Shown here piece by piece: positions 30,007-40,323 of a stretch of 64,000 nucleotides of DNA (positions are counted from its first letter, which is position 1; every line of letters begins with the position of its first letter). Source of the DNA: Syntrophales bacterium (GTDB lineage: Bacteria; Desulfobacterota; Syntrophia; Syntrophales; UBA2210); NCBI GenBank assembly GCA_963666365.2, contig CAXXNF010000002.1, forward strand, positions 96,001 to 160,000. Direction: 5' to 3'. Both the position numbers and the translations under genes were made by a program. The notes beneath the pieces were generated by a model. That model was not told where the DNA came from. It saw nothing but the letters and a program-made list of their open reading frames with translations, and did no database searches.

Positions 30007-31659
30007 ATGAAGGGAAGACCTTGGCAGGAATACTATGACTATAATGCACCCACGGCGATACGGTATCCCAAGATACCGGTCCCGGAGCTTTTGCAGATAC
30101 CGGCCAATGTGTTTCCGAATAAACCGGCCATTATGTATGAAGGCGCCGCCATCGGGTTTCGGGAACTGCGCCGCATGGTTATACGTATGGCCAATGTCCT
30201 TCATGACATGGGTGTTCGAAAGGGGGACCGGGTGGGGATGCACCTGCCAAATTGTCCCCAATATACGATTGCCTATTATGCATCACTTTCGCTGGGGGCG
30301 ATCCTGGTCAACCTCAATCCCGCCTATCCGAAGGAGGAGCTTTCGCTGATTATGTCCGATACGGGACTTTCGGCACTCTTCACGATCGACGAGGCGGCGC
30401 CCGTCATCGGGGAGGTATCAAAAGAGAAGCCGATTCCCCGGATCATAGTCACGAACAGGCACGAGTACGCCGAAAAAAAGTCGTCGGGTATCAACGCCGA
30501 ACTCAAGGAAGGATGGTATTCCTTTACGGAACTCCTCAGCCGCTGCACCAATGAAACGCGGCCCCGCGTCCAGGTCGGTCCGAAAGATCCCGCCGTGATC
30601 CAGTATACCGGGGGAACCACGGGGGTGCCCAAAGGGGCGGTCCTCACGCATGCAAACCTTGTGGCGGCCGTCATGCAGGTCTCTCCCCGTATGTTCCCGA
30701 TTATGCAGTTTATCCCCCCTGAACGGCGTTCCGCACTCATAATTATTCCGCTCTACCATGTGTACGGAAACCTGATATCAAACTGGTCGCTCTTCAACTG
30801 CGTGACGCAGATTCAGGTGCCCCGGTTTCAGTTGGACGAAGTGGTCGGTCTGCTTGAGCGGGTCGACGAGATCACTTATTTCCCCGCCGTCCCCACCATG
30901 CTGACGGCGCTCGTCAACCATCCGAAGGTACAGGAACTCGAGCTTCTGCAGAAGATTCACATCATCAATTCCGGCGCAGCCCCCTGTCCCGTCGAACTGA
31001 TAGAGCGTCTTCGGGATATGGGCGTATTTATTACCGAAGCCTATGGTATGAGCGAAACGGCATCGCTGGCGATGGCAAACCCCATCCTGGGCGTCAAGAA
31101 ACCGGGGAGTATCGGCATTCCTGTGCCCGACAACGAGGTAAAGCTCGTTGACATCGATGATGGAAGCACCGAAGTGCAGCGGGGAGAGCCCGGAGAGATC
31201 GTTATCAAGGGGCCTACGGTGATGAAAGAATACTGGAACAACCCGGAAGAAACGGCGGGACAGCTCGAGGACGGCTGGCTTCATACGGGAGATATCGCCG
31301 TGCAGGATGAAGATTATTTTTTCTACATCGTGGATCGCAAAAAGGACATGATCATCGCAGGGGGATTCAACATCTACCCACGGGAAGTGGACGAGGTGCT
31401 CTATCAGCATTCAAAGATTCAGGATGCCGTTACCGTGGGTGTCCCTCATGAATATCGCGGTGAAACAGTAAAGGTCTTTGTAGTGTTGCGAAAGGGGGAA
31501 AGAGCTACTGCAGAGGAGATTATCGCCTTTTGCAGGGAAAAGCTCGCGCCCTACAAGGTGCCGCGGGAAGTGGAATTTCGGGAATCGCTTCCCCAGTCGA
31601 CGGCGGGGAAAATTCTTCGTAAAGTGCTGCGCGAAGAGGAGCTTGCAAAGAAAAAATAG
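30007..31659 (+). CDS. Long-chain-fatty-acid-CoA ligase
   Basis: YTGGTTGVPKG, AYGMSET, HTGD, DRKKDMII, GKILR; RBS AGGAGG. Confidence 0.93.
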   Translation: MKGRPWQEYYDYNAPTAIRYPKIPVPELLQIPANVFPNKPAIMYEGAAIGFRELRRMVIRMANVLHDMGVRKGDRVGMHLPNCPQYTIAYYASLSLGAILVNLNPAYPKEELSLIMSDTGLSALFTIDEAAPVIGEVSKEKPIPRIIVTNRHEYAEKKSSGINAELKEGWYSFTELLSRCTNETRPRVQVGPKDPAVIQYTGGTTGVPKGAVLTHANLVAAVMQVSPRMFPIMQFIPPERRSALIIIPLYHVYGNLISNWSLFNCVTQIQVPRFQLDEVVGLLERVDEITYFPAVPTMLTALVNHPKVQELELLQKIHIINSGAAPCPVELIERLRDMGVFITEAYGMSETASLAMANPILGVKKPGSIGIPVPDNEVKLVDIDDGSTEVQRGEPGEIVIKGPTVMKEYWNNPEETAGQLEDGWLHTGDIAVQDEDYFFYIVDRKKDMIIAGGFNIYPREVDEVLYQHSKIQDAVTVGVPHEYRGETVKVFVVLRKGERATAEEIIAFCREKLAPYKVPREVEFRESLPQSTAGKILRKVLREEELAKKK

Positions 31660-31766
31660 GGACACTTCCCTATTTAAAAGCGTTTGGAGCGTTTAGAGTG
31701 TTTTGACAACAGCAACGATCTAAACGTTCATAACGTTACTGACGATTTAAAAGGGAAGTGTCCCTA
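31657..31766. repeat. 110-bp REP/MITE-like element with GGGACAC-tagged terminal inverted repeats
   Basis: TAGGGACACTTCCCT(A)TTTAAA ... TTTAAAAGGGAAGTGTCCCTA; inner IR CGTTTAGA/TCTAAACG. Confidence 0.85.
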
Positions 31767-33476
31767 ATAAAGGATTTCGATCCGGCGGGCGAGATTTATG
31801 AGCAGGCCGAGATCATCTTCTTTAAGGGCCAGGTCGCAGAGGGTTGCCTGATCCGCCTTTTCCAGCATGCCTAAAAAGAGGCGCTCCTGGGATGATGCGA
31901 GGGAGGAATCATACACATTTATCATCAGCTCCGATTCCAGATAGGCGCTTCTGATGGAGAGATTGAAGGAGCCGATGCTCAACAAAGCGCCGTCAATGAT
32001 ACACTGCTTGGCATGGATGTAGGGCTGGCGCTTATCCCCGTTGGTCTTCCCTCTGTATTCATAAAGGCGGACGCCGGCCCGGAGCAGCGGGCGGTAATAA
32101 TTGAGCGATATGAAGTGGCCCAGGGAAAAGACCACCTCTCTGCCCGTTTCATAGGAATTGGTTAACAGGCGCACATCAACGCCGCGGGCCGCCGCATCGG
32201 CAAGTGCCTTCTCAAGCCGTGGCGGCAGGGCGAGATACTGCGAGGTCAGGTAGATGCTGTTTCGCGCCGCGTTCATTGCCTTGCAGAGCATATCAAGTGT
32301 GGAATAGCGGCCTTCCCACGGTTTCGAATGGACCAGTTGTGCGGTGATGCGGTGCTTGCCGGTGGAAGGCATATTCTGCGGGGGTAGCGGTTCGATGGCG
32401 CCGCCGAATTCTTTCCAGTTTTTTTCAAAGGCCTCTTTTATATCCCCGACAATCGGACCTTCAAGATAGACATCAGTATCGATCCACCACATGAAATAGC
32501 GATCGCTGATGTTCCTTCCCCCCGCGATGGCCCAGGCATCATCGACGATGAGCATTTTTTCATGGGGAGCAAAGTCGACGGTCAAGTCTTTTCCCTTCTC
32601 CTTTATCCAGCCTGCAAATGCCGGAGTCTGAGGCAGCGAGTCAAGGATGCGGTAGTTCCGGCGCATTTTGTCCAGCCAGAATTGAGAAGTATCATTGCTC
32701 TGATCGGGGAACCCGATTTCACCAACGACAATCACGTGAATTCCCTGCTTGCGAAGATCCCGGACGGCAAAGGGCGCTACTGCGATCTGTGAATAGCGTG
32801 TAACAAGCAGATTCACCTCAATGCCTTGTCGCGCTTTGTCTTTCAAAATTCCGATAAGTTCTTTACATTTTTCCGAATTTTCCAGGTAGTATGTTTGAAG
32901 ATTAATCCGCCGCTGTGCCCGGGACACCACTTTTTTCCACATCCGGAAAGCTTCAGGGCCGTCATGCAGAATTTCTATATTATTTCTCTTTCTCGGAGGA
33001 GGGCTTCCGTCGAGGGTGCTGGTGTGCTGTAAATCCTTGCAGGAATCGGCCGGTCGGGGAATAGGTCGTTTCATAATTTCGATCTCGCCGAAGGCATGAG
33101 TCATTCCCTTTTTTGTGTATTTCAGGGCAACCGTCACGGGATATCTGCCGGGCGCCAGGCCCGGCAGCACTTCGAAGGTGCCGCAGTAACGGAGTTGGCC
33201 CTCTTTGTTCCGGTAAGTAGTGCCGGTGCAGGCCATTATGACATTGCCGTATACGACGGTTACTTCCTCGATCCGGCCGTATTCGGGAATTGCCGCAACG
33301 TCGAGACACATCCGAGGGAAAAAATCCCTATTGATGCTGTGTGGATAGAAGGAAAGATCCCTCTGCACGTTGATGTTTGTGAACGGCGAATCGGCCGGGT
33401 GAGCCGCATTAATGTGAGGTATCCACAGAATCAGGGCCACCAGGATGGATAGGATGATTCGATGAGGTGTTTCCAT
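31764..33476 (-). CDS. Exported phospholipase D/cardiolipin synthase-like protein
   Basis: Two HKD motifs (HEKMLIVD, HAKQCIID), GGRN, GSFN; signal-like N-terminus plus an extra N-terminal domain. Confidence 0.88.
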   Translation of the reverse strand: METPHRIILSILVALILWIPHINAAHPADSPFTNINVQRDLSFYPHSINRDFFPRMCLDVAAIPEYGRIEEVTVVYGNVIMACTGTTYRNKEGQLRYCGTFEVLPGLAPGRYPVTVALKYTKKGMTHAFGEIEIMKRPIPRPADSCKDLQHTSTLDGSPPPRKRNNIEILHDGPEAFRMWKKVVSRAQRRINLQTYYLENSEKCKELIGILKDKARQGIEVNLLVTRYSQIAVAPFAVRDLRKQGIHVIVVGEIGFPDQSNDTSQFWLDKMRRNYRILDSLPQTPAFAGWIKEKGKDLTVDFAPHEKMLIVDDAWAIAGGRNISDRYFMWWIDTDVYLEGPIVGDIKEAFEKNWKEFGGAIEPLPPQNMPSTGKHRITAQLVHSKPWEGRYSTLDMLCKAMNAARNSIYLTSQYLALPPRLEKALADAAARGVDVRLLTNSYETGREVVFSLGHFISLNYYRPLLRAGVRLYEYRGKTNGDKRQPYIHAKQCIIDGALLSIGSFNLSIRSAYLESELMINVYDSSLASSQERLFLGMLEKADQATLCDLALKEDDLGLLINLARRIEILY

Positions 33477-33503
33477 AGTGGAGTAACCGCGCGCCAAAAA
33501 ACT

Positions 33504-34328
33504 CTACCCGCCGCCTGGTAAAAGAGTCTGCCAGCAGTGCCGCTCCAGAAACGACCCCTGCACGTCGCCCTCCATGTCTTCGTAAAGGGCAAGAGGAACG
33601 GAGAAGGTCATAAGGTTGGAGTTTTTTAATTGCCTGTTGATGTATACACGGGCTGAAAGATCGGTCAGCCCCACCACTGCACGGGGATGTTCGGATGTCG
33701 CTTCTTGATAGGGATAGATTCCGATGGTCTGACAGCCTGCCGCATAGGGAATGGTGACATTCTCATTGCCGTCCCGTCCGTAATTGGCCAGCACCACCAG
33801 GGCAGAGAGCTGATCGGGGTTGACAAAGAATATGATAGTCTGCGGCTTTTCCCGGGAGATGTCGACACGATCGAGGGGTTTGAAGACTACATAGTGTTTC
33901 GGAATTTCGACAATGGGCAGTGAATCGATAAAATGCCGGACCTTTTCCGGCGTTTTGATGTACCGTTCTCCGAAAAGAAAGTTGTCAAATGATTCTGACT
34001 GCATGAAGGGCCTCACAGAGTCTGCGAGTTCGCGGCCTCCTTCTCTTTCGGTGTTGCCCACGGAGAGAAAATAGCAGAATCCCTGTATGCCGCCGGGAAA
34101 GTTGCGGTACTGATTGCCGAAACCCAAACCGACGCCGCCACCGAAGCAACCGAAGGTATCTTTGTCGCAACATGCGGTGTTTCCCTTTGCGGCATGGGCC
34201 ACAAGCGACATGACACAGCCCCATCTCCCCTTTTTGAACTGCAGGGCGCCTTCCGGTTTTTCGTCGGACCAGAGGAGGGCTACAGGATGATGTGTGAGGT
34301 CGAGAGCCTTGGCGATTGCACTTTCCAT
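33504..34328 (-). CDS. DUF169 family protein
   Basis: HHPVALLW, WGCVM, GCFGG..GLGF, IFFVNPDQLSAL, AGC, TFSVP. Confidence 0.8.
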   Translation of the reverse strand: MESAIAKALDLTHHPVALLWSDEKPEGALQFKKGRWGCVMSLVAHAAKGNTACCDKDTFGCFGGGVGLGFGNQYRNFPGGIQGFCYFLSVGNTEREGGRELADSVRPFMQSESFDNFLFGERYIKTPEKVRHFIDSLPIVEIPKHYVVFKPLDRVDISREKPQTIIFFVNPDQLSALVVLANYGRDGNENVTIPYAAGCQTIGIYPYQEATSEHPRAVVGLTDLSARVYINRQLKNSNLMTFSVPLALYEDMEGDVQGSFLERHCWQTLLPGGG

Positions 34329-34494
34329 ATGACCGGTCTCCGTAAAAAGTTGAAAAATCTAAAGGTAAAAAAGTTTACAGGTCGAAAAAAATCCAGAGCC
34401 CCTTCGTTTTTTTTCAGTGTTGGGTGCGTTGCCTGAAGGTGAGTCTTATTATAGTCGGAAAATTTTTCTCTTGCAACCGCAAGAAGTCGATTCC

Positions 34495-35649
34495 TTATCT
34501 TACCCCAGAGCGGATCTGCAGCAGGCAGGAGATGACAACTGCCACAATGCAGGCGGCGAGCACGGCCTTGAGGTCGTCATTGATATAGAATATCGAGAGA
34601 ATCAGAGGTGAGAGCGCATACCCGGTAAACTTGACGGAGTTATAAAGAGAGGTAACGGAATTGCGCCGCGGAGGCGACAATTCCACGGCCATGGTGTTGA
34701 GCGAGGTCCAGGCCGTCGCCGTACCGGTTCCGTAGAGAAGAAAGAGCAGCGCGTAGGTGAAATATTCGAAGTGCATCCATACCATCATGAGGAATGAGAC
34801 GAGCACGATCGCCATACCGCATAAAAATATGGTTCTTCTTCCGAATCGGTCGCCGAGGTACCCCGCCAGCGGCGATACGATGAGGCCGGAAATCCCGGTC
34901 ATGGAAAGGAGAAAGCCCACTCTGTCGGAAGAGAGCCCCTGCATCGTTTTCATGTAATCGGCGGTAAAGGTCATCACCCCGATAAAGGCGATAAAGAGGG
35001 CGAAGGCGGCAAAACTCAGAGAACGGACCCCCGGGTAAAAGAAAGCCTGCCTGATGAGGGGAAATATATATGAAATGGAGTGACCGCTGTCCCTTGTTGT
35101 CTCCATGCCTGTGGACCAGATCCAGAAGAGAAAGGCGGTGATAACCGCTAAAAATGCCAGCAGGAAAAGAAACGCCTGCCACCCGAAATATACCTCGATC
35201 ACGCCGGAGATGAAAGGTCCCATGGTCATCCCGGCGGTATAGGCGAGACCGAGCCCTCCCATAGCCTTGCCGAGATGCCGCGTCGGCACCAGATCGCCGA
35301 TAAGCGCCATAATGATGGGGGTCAGAAAGGCGGCGCCCATTCCCTGGATCACGCGAAAGATCACAAAGGCTTCAAAGTTCCAGGCCAGACCCGACAGCGT
35401 GGCCCCGAGGGCATAGATGGCGAATCCAAGAAAAAGGGTTTTGCGCACATCCCAGATCTGGGCGATAGAGCCCGAAACCACCTGGATCAGAATGTAGGGG
35501 ATCATGTAGATGGTGATCGACAGGGCCGCCGTCGAAAAGGGAATGTTCCAGGTGTGCGCCAGGACCGGGATGAGCGTTATTATGCCGTGCCCCCCGATGG
35601 GCCCGACAATGGCGCCGATATATAAAGGTATGAGACGTTTTATAAGCAA
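34495..35649 (-). CDS. MFS transporter (drug:H+ antiporter-like)
   Basis: About 12 TM segments, FRVIQGMG, GPFISG, GDRFGRR; TTG start assumed. Confidence 0.85.
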   Translation of the reverse strand: MLIKRLIPLYIGAIVGPIGGHGIITLIPVLAHTWNIPFSTAALSITIYMIPYILIQVVSGSIAQIWDVRKTLFLGFAIYALGATLSGLAWNFEAFVIFRVIQGMGAAFLTPIIMALIGDLVPTRHLGKAMGGLGLAYTAGMTMGPFISGVIEVYFGWQAFLFLLAFLAVITAFLFWIWSTGMETTRDSGHSISYIFPLIRQAFFYPGVRSLSFAAFALFIAFIGVMTFTADYMKTMQGLSSDRVGFLLSMTGISGLIVSPLAGYLGDRFGRRTIFLCGMAIVLVSFLMMVWMHFEYFTYALLFLLYGTGTATAWTSLNTMAVELSPPRRNSVTSLYNSVKFTGYALSPLILSIFYINDDLKAVLAACIVAVVISCLLQIRSGVR

Positions 35650-35901
35650 TCGACCGGTCCGAAGTCCCCGTGCAAAAATGGTGTGCTCTTCTTCATAAAG
35701 AAACGGAGAAGGCGCGTCAATAGAAATTTTATACAAGGCAAGGAGTAGTGCAAATGTGATGGGCGCAAAGGGCATTGTGGGGAAATGAACAGTACGAAAT
35801 GATCGGATACGCAACAAAATATTGCAAATTGTTCTTGCCAAATAAGCGGCAAGGGACTATTAGTATTCACTTATAATTTTATCCAAAGATAGGGGAGTTA
35901 G

Positions 35902-36786
35902 ATGGAAAAATTTGGAACACTGCCTTTAAAAAGAGGATTGGCCGAGATGTTGAAAGGCGGAGTCATTATGGATGTGACCACTCCGGAACAGGCCAAAATT
36001 GCTGAAGATGCCGGTGCCGTATCGGTAATGGCGCTTGAACGCGTTCCCGCCGACATACGAGCCCAGGGGGGCGTGGCGCGGATGACCGATCCCGAGATAA
36101 TTCAAAAAATCATGGATACGGTATCGATTCCGGTAATGGCGAAGGTGAGAATTGGACACTTCGTCGAGGCGCAGATACTAGAATCGCTTGGCATCGATTA
36201 TATCGATGAAAGCGAGGTGCTTACCCCTGCCGATGAGAAATTTCATATCGACAAGTGGAAATTCAAGATTCCCTTTGTCTGCGGCGCTACCGATCTTGGC
36301 GAAGCGCTGCGGAGGATAGGCGAGGGCGCCGCCATGATACGCACAAAGGGCGAAGCCGGAACGGGCAACGTGGTCGAGGCGGTGCGCCACATGCGCACCA
36401 TAAATGACGAAGTTGCCAGGATAGCCTCGCTGCCCGAGGCCGAACTGATGACGGCGGCGAAAAATCTGGGAGCGCCTTACGAACTGGTCTGCCTTGTTGC
36501 GAGAGAAAAGAAATTGCCCGTTGTTAATTTTTCTGCAGGAGGCATTGCCACCCCGGCGGATGCGGCAATGATGATGCAGCTCGGCGCCGATGGCGTGTTT
36601 GTGGGGTCGGGAATATTCAAGTCCAAGAGCCCGGCAAAAAGGGCGGAGGCCATTGTGCAGGCCGTTACCCATTTCAATAACCCGGAGATTCTGGCGAAGG
36701 TCTCCCGTTCCCTTGGTGAAGCCATGCCCGGTCTTGAGATATCTTCGATAGACAAGGATAATCTCCTTCAATTCAGAGGCAACTAA
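35902..36786 (+). CDS. pdxS: PLP synthase lyase subunit
   Basis: [50 protein letters not shown]. Confidence 0.97.
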   Translation: MEKFGTLPLKRGLAEMLKGGVIMDVTTPEQAKIAEDAGAVSVMALERVPADIRAQGGVARMTDPEIIQKIMDTVSIPVMAKVRIGHFVEAQILESLGIDYIDESEVLTPADEKFHIDKWKFKIPFVCGATDLGEALRRIGEGAAMIRTKGEAGTGNVVEAVRHMRTINDEVARIASLPEAELMTAAKNLGAPYELVCLVAREKKLPVVNFSAGGIATPADAAMMMQLGADGVFVGSGIFKSKSPAKRAEAIVQAVTHFNNPEILAKVSRSLGEAMPGLEISSIDKDNLLQFRGN

Positions 36787-36793
36787 GACCGAC

Positions 36794-37432
36794 ATGTCTA
36801 TGAAGATCGGAGTGCTGGCGCTGCAGGGCGCCTTTCGCGAGCATATAGGCATGCTTAACCAATGCGGGGTCGAAGCGGAGGAAGTGCGACTTCCTTCGCA
36901 ACTGGACGATCTTTCAGGTCTTATCATGCCGGGAGGAGAAAGCACCACCATGGTGAAGCTTCTCAGGCGCTACGGTTTCGAAGCGGCCCTTGAGCGCTTT
37001 GCATTGATGGGGCGGCCAGTCTTCGGCACCTGCGCCGGCGCCATTCTTCTTGCCGCCGGACAGGACGGACGCAGGAAAGATCTGCTTCCCCGTATCGACA
37101 TCAATATTACAAGAAATGCCTATGGTCGCCAGATCGAAAGCAGGGAAGCAGAGGTGAAACTTGCCTTTTCCCCCGAGCGTCCCTTTCGCGCCATATTCAT
37201 AAGAGCTCCTATCGTCACCGCCACAGGACCGTCCGTGGAAGCGCTCTCCTTTTACAGGGACCGGGTGGTTCTTGCCCGCGAGGGGGCCATGCTTGTTGCC
37301 ACCTTTCACCCCGAACTTACAGAGGATGACCGGATTCACCAGTATTTTATCGCGATGGTGCAGGACGCGCAGGCAGCGGATTCTGTGGCGCCTTTCCTGC
37401 CGGAGCAGCAACAGGCCGCCTTCGTCAAATAA
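36794..37432 (+). CDS. pdxT: PLP synthase glutaminase subunit
   Basis: GVLALQG, PGGEST, GTCAG, RNAYGRQ, FIRAP, FHPE. Confidence 0.96.
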   Translation: MSMKIGVLALQGAFREHIGMLNQCGVEAEEVRLPSQLDDLSGLIMPGGESTTMVKLLRRYGFEAALERFALMGRPVFGTCAGAILLAAGQDGRRKDLLPRIDINITRNAYGRQIESREAEVKLAFSPERPFRAIFIRAPIVTATGPSVEALSFYRDRVVLAREGAMLVATFHPELTEDDRIHQYFIAMVQDAQAADSVAPFLPEQQQAAFVK

Positions 37433-37457
37433 TTGGCTTTCACGTCAAAACAATGTG
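37424..37457 (+). promoter_or_regulatory. Putative enhancer (UAS) boxes for a sigma54 activator
   Basis: GTCAAATAATTGGC (37424-37437) and GTCAAAACAATG (37444), about 100 bp upstream of a -24/-12 site. Confidence 0.5.
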
Positions 37458-37523
37458 CAGGAACTGTCTTTTCCCCATGCAGGAAATGGTGAGCCCTGCG
37501 TCTCAGACCCAATCACGCCCACA

Positions 37524-37539
37524 TGGTACAATAATTGCT
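37524..37539 (+). promoter_or_regulatory. Sigma54 -24/-12 promoter
   Basis: TGGTACAATAATTGCT (GG-N10-GC). Confidence 0.8.
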
Positions 37540-37570
37540 TTATTGCAGGGTAAACCTTTGGGCGGATGGC

Positions 37571-40300
37571 ATGACCTGTTTTCGCGAGAACAAAAGTGCG
37601 GCAAGGCTTCCAAAAAACCTGCTGTGGTGCGTCTTGATGCTGGGCATTTCGCTCTGGTCTGTCGAAGCGGCCTATCCCCTGCATCCCCCGGCGCCGTCCT
37701 ATGGAATTCACGTCGCCTCTTTTAAAAATGCCGATCTTGCCGACAGGAAGATGCGTGCACTGCGCGATGATGGCTATCCCGCCTTTTCAAAATCCCTTAT
37801 GATACCACAAAAGGGGCTGTGGACGAGGGTATTTGTGGGTCCCTATGCGCGCCGGGATGATGCGGAGAAAGAGGCGTTGACCCTGCAAAAAAAAGGTGCA
37901 GTTGACAGCTACTTCATCCGAAAGGTGGAAGGCGCAGCTGAAAAGTCGACAGAGGGCGTCAAAAATAAGGCGGATGCAACAGGAACGCAGCTGAGTGCAG
38001 CGGGACAGGATGCGGCAGAAAGAGGGGCATCTCCGGTACAAAAAACTGTTGCAGAGGCATTGGAGGATATCCGAAGCAGTCTTCAGCGCAGGGGCCATCC
38101 ATTGGATGCAGGTGAACAGAAGGCGGCGGGGGTGCATGAGGAAGGGGAAAGAGGTGAAACTCACTTTGATATAGCGATTGCCTTCACAAAAGAAACGGAT
38201 AAGGACGATGAGCTGCCGGCTGAAGCGACAGAACCAGTCGAAGATGCGCCTCCCCTTGCGGAAGAGAGGGAAGGGAAACGGCTGAAGAGTTCGAACAGCA
38301 GTCCTGCGCATCAATCGGAGGGCGCGCAAAGCATGGAACGCTGCAGTTTTGCGGAGGCACTGCGTGATTTCGACCGGGGCGAGTACAGAGAGGCCCTAGT
38401 CAAGTTCGGCGAAGCGGCCAAGGAGGACGTGCTTTCCGACGCGGAAAGGGAAATCGTGGAACGACGGAGTGCCGATTGTCACTTTTTCCTCGGAATGGCG
38501 GGTGACCAGCGTGAGCTGCCTGTCGCTGCGGAAAAGTATGCGATGATCCTCCGGCAGTATCCCCATGCACGGCAAGAGAATGATGAAGCCCTGTTCAGAA
38601 AGGCCCAGGCCTATAATCGCATGAAGCTGCACTATGAAGCATTGAGGGAGTTGAAAAAGCTGGTTGAAGGATGTGGGGAATCGGAACTCCTCTCCGATGC
38701 GCTCTACCTGATGGGAGAAACCTATTTTTCATTGGATAAATTCATGCCTGCCGCCCGACAATTCAAAGAATATACGACGCGATACCCAAAGGGCAGGCAT
38801 GTGATCTCGGCCTTTTTTTCCACAGGAGAATGTTACTCACGATCAGGACGGCATCTACAGGCCGATGAATGGTTCAACAGGGCCTTAACCGCATGGCCCT
38901 CGCTTGAGGACATTCCCCAGCACAATCTGATGGTGCTGGGGGCGCATTACTTCAGAAGCGGTCGATATGATCGCTCCTTCGATGTGTATATGGCCTGCCT
39001 GAATCTGTACCCGGACAATGAACGGGGCAAAGAGGCGCTTTTGATGGCCGGTCGGGTCCTCACAGAGAAGAAGCGCCCGGAGATGGCGGTGAAGCTGTTT
39101 GATCAGGTGCTGCTCCGATATCCCGGAAGCGAAGAAGCATGGAAAAGCATCGAGTATATGGCGGATATAGGCGTCAAGTATCCCGGCATATCAATGCCGT
39201 CTTATATTTTCGACGGAATGGAATACTATCTCGATCCCTTTGCCGCCTACGAGAAGATTATGGAAGAACATGCGGATAAAGAACGCAGGGAAGCACTCAA
39301 TTATAAAAGGGGAATCGCCTATTTCAGCGGCGCCCGATATCAGGATGCCTTTGACACATTTCATTTGCTTCTGAAAAAATCACCCTGGAGTGCCTACAAA
39401 AAAGCCGCTGAGGAAAAATTGGTGCACTGCGCCCTCAGTCTGATTGATTCCTATTATGAACAAGAAGACCATCTGGCTGTTTCGGATATCTACCTGAAGT
39501 CAAGACGATACGGCGTCGTCGACCACATGGGCTACGACCGTCTTCTCAACACTGCCGACAGCCTGCGGCATGCCGGCCTTACCGATCGGAGTCGTCACCT
39601 TCTGGAGGAACTGAGTCGTAGACACCCGGAGGGATTTCGGCACAGAAAGGTCCGTATGGCTCTTGCAGAGATTGATTTCAGCGAGGGCGCCTGCGATAAG
39701 GCAAAAGAACGGATTCTGCCTGTTTTTGAGGGGGCGTCCGATTTTTCGGGTGCGGGCACGTTCGAGGCGAAAGAATTGCTGGGCCGCATTTTTTTGCAAC
39801 AAGGAAAATTCCGGGAAGCCGCCCGATGCTATGCGGATATTGTGGGTTCCGGCGGTACTCGTGAAAATGATATGGTGTGCCGTAAGCGGTTTGCCGATGC
39901 GCTTATGGGCATGAATCTTTTCGAATCGGCGATTGCGCATTATAATCGCGCCATCGAGATTGCCGAAAAGAGTAGCGGAGAGTCGGCCTCAGAGCTGATT
40001 GCCGAATCCTGCGAAAGAATTGCCCGGTCTTATTATGAAACAGGGGAGTTTGCCAAGAGCGCGCGCATGTACAAAAAATTCCTGGCCCGTGCATCCGGCG
40101 TCAATGATGTGCGTAGCCTGTGGGCCCTTTATAGGATGGGGATGGGGCATGCAAAACTCTCCGATTCCCTTGTGACGGAACAGATCTTTGCCTCCCTGAG
40201 AGAGAAAGGGAAGGATCCCTTCTGGGAACAGGTGGCTGACTTCACTGAGCATTTTGAAAAGTGGCGCGCTCAGTACGGCGACTATGTCAGGTTGGAATAA
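37571..40300 (+). CDS. Exported SPOR-domain + TPR-repeat protein
   Basis: Signal-like N-terminus; YGIHVASFK...WTRVFVGPY (SPOR); many TPRs; start codon uncertain. Confidence 0.85.
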   Translation: MTCFRENKSAARLPKNLLWCVLMLGISLWSVEAAYPLHPPAPSYGIHVASFKNADLADRKMRALRDDGYPAFSKSLMIPQKGLWTRVFVGPYARRDDAEKEALTLQKKGAVDSYFIRKVEGAAEKSTEGVKNKADATGTQLSAAGQDAAERGASPVQKTVAEALEDIRSSLQRRGHPLDAGEQKAAGVHEEGERGETHFDIAIAFTKETDKDDELPAEATEPVEDAPPLAEEREGKRLKSSNSSPAHQSEGAQSMERCSFAEALRDFDRGEYREALVKFGEAAKEDVLSDAEREIVERRSADCHFFLGMAGDQRELPVAAEKYAMILRQYPHARQENDEALFRKAQAYNRMKLHYEALRELKKLVEGCGESELLSDALYLMGETYFSLDKFMPAARQFKEYTTRYPKGRHVISAFFSTGECYSRSGRHLQADEWFNRALTAWPSLEDIPQHNLMVLGAHYFRSGRYDRSFDVYMACLNLYPDNERGKEALLMAGRVLTEKKRPEMAVKLFDQVLLRYPGSEEAWKSIEYMADIGVKYPGISMPSYIFDGMEYYLDPFAAYEKIMEEHADKERREALNYKRGIAYFSGARYQDAFDTFHLLLKKSPWSAYKKAAEEKLVHCALSLIDSYYEQEDHLAVSDIYLKSRRYGVVDHMGYDRLLNTADSLRHAGLTDRSRHLLEELSRRHPEGFRHRKVRMALAEIDFSEGACDKAKERILPVFEGASDFSGAGTFEAKELLGRIFLQQGKFREAARCYADIVGSGGTRENDMVCRKRFADALMGMNLFESAIAHYNRAIEIAEKSSGESASELIAESCERIARSYYETGEFAKSARMYKKFLARASGVNDVRSLWALYRMGMGHAKLSDSLVTEQIFASLREKGKDPFWEQVADFTEHFEKWRAQYGDYVRLE

Positions 40301-40323
40301 ATGGTGTGGGGATGGAGGAGTGA

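Noticed and set aside
35902..37432. pdxST as a recent horizontal acquisition
   Set aside because: No mobility signatures at its flanks; it cannot be judged without a phylogeny.
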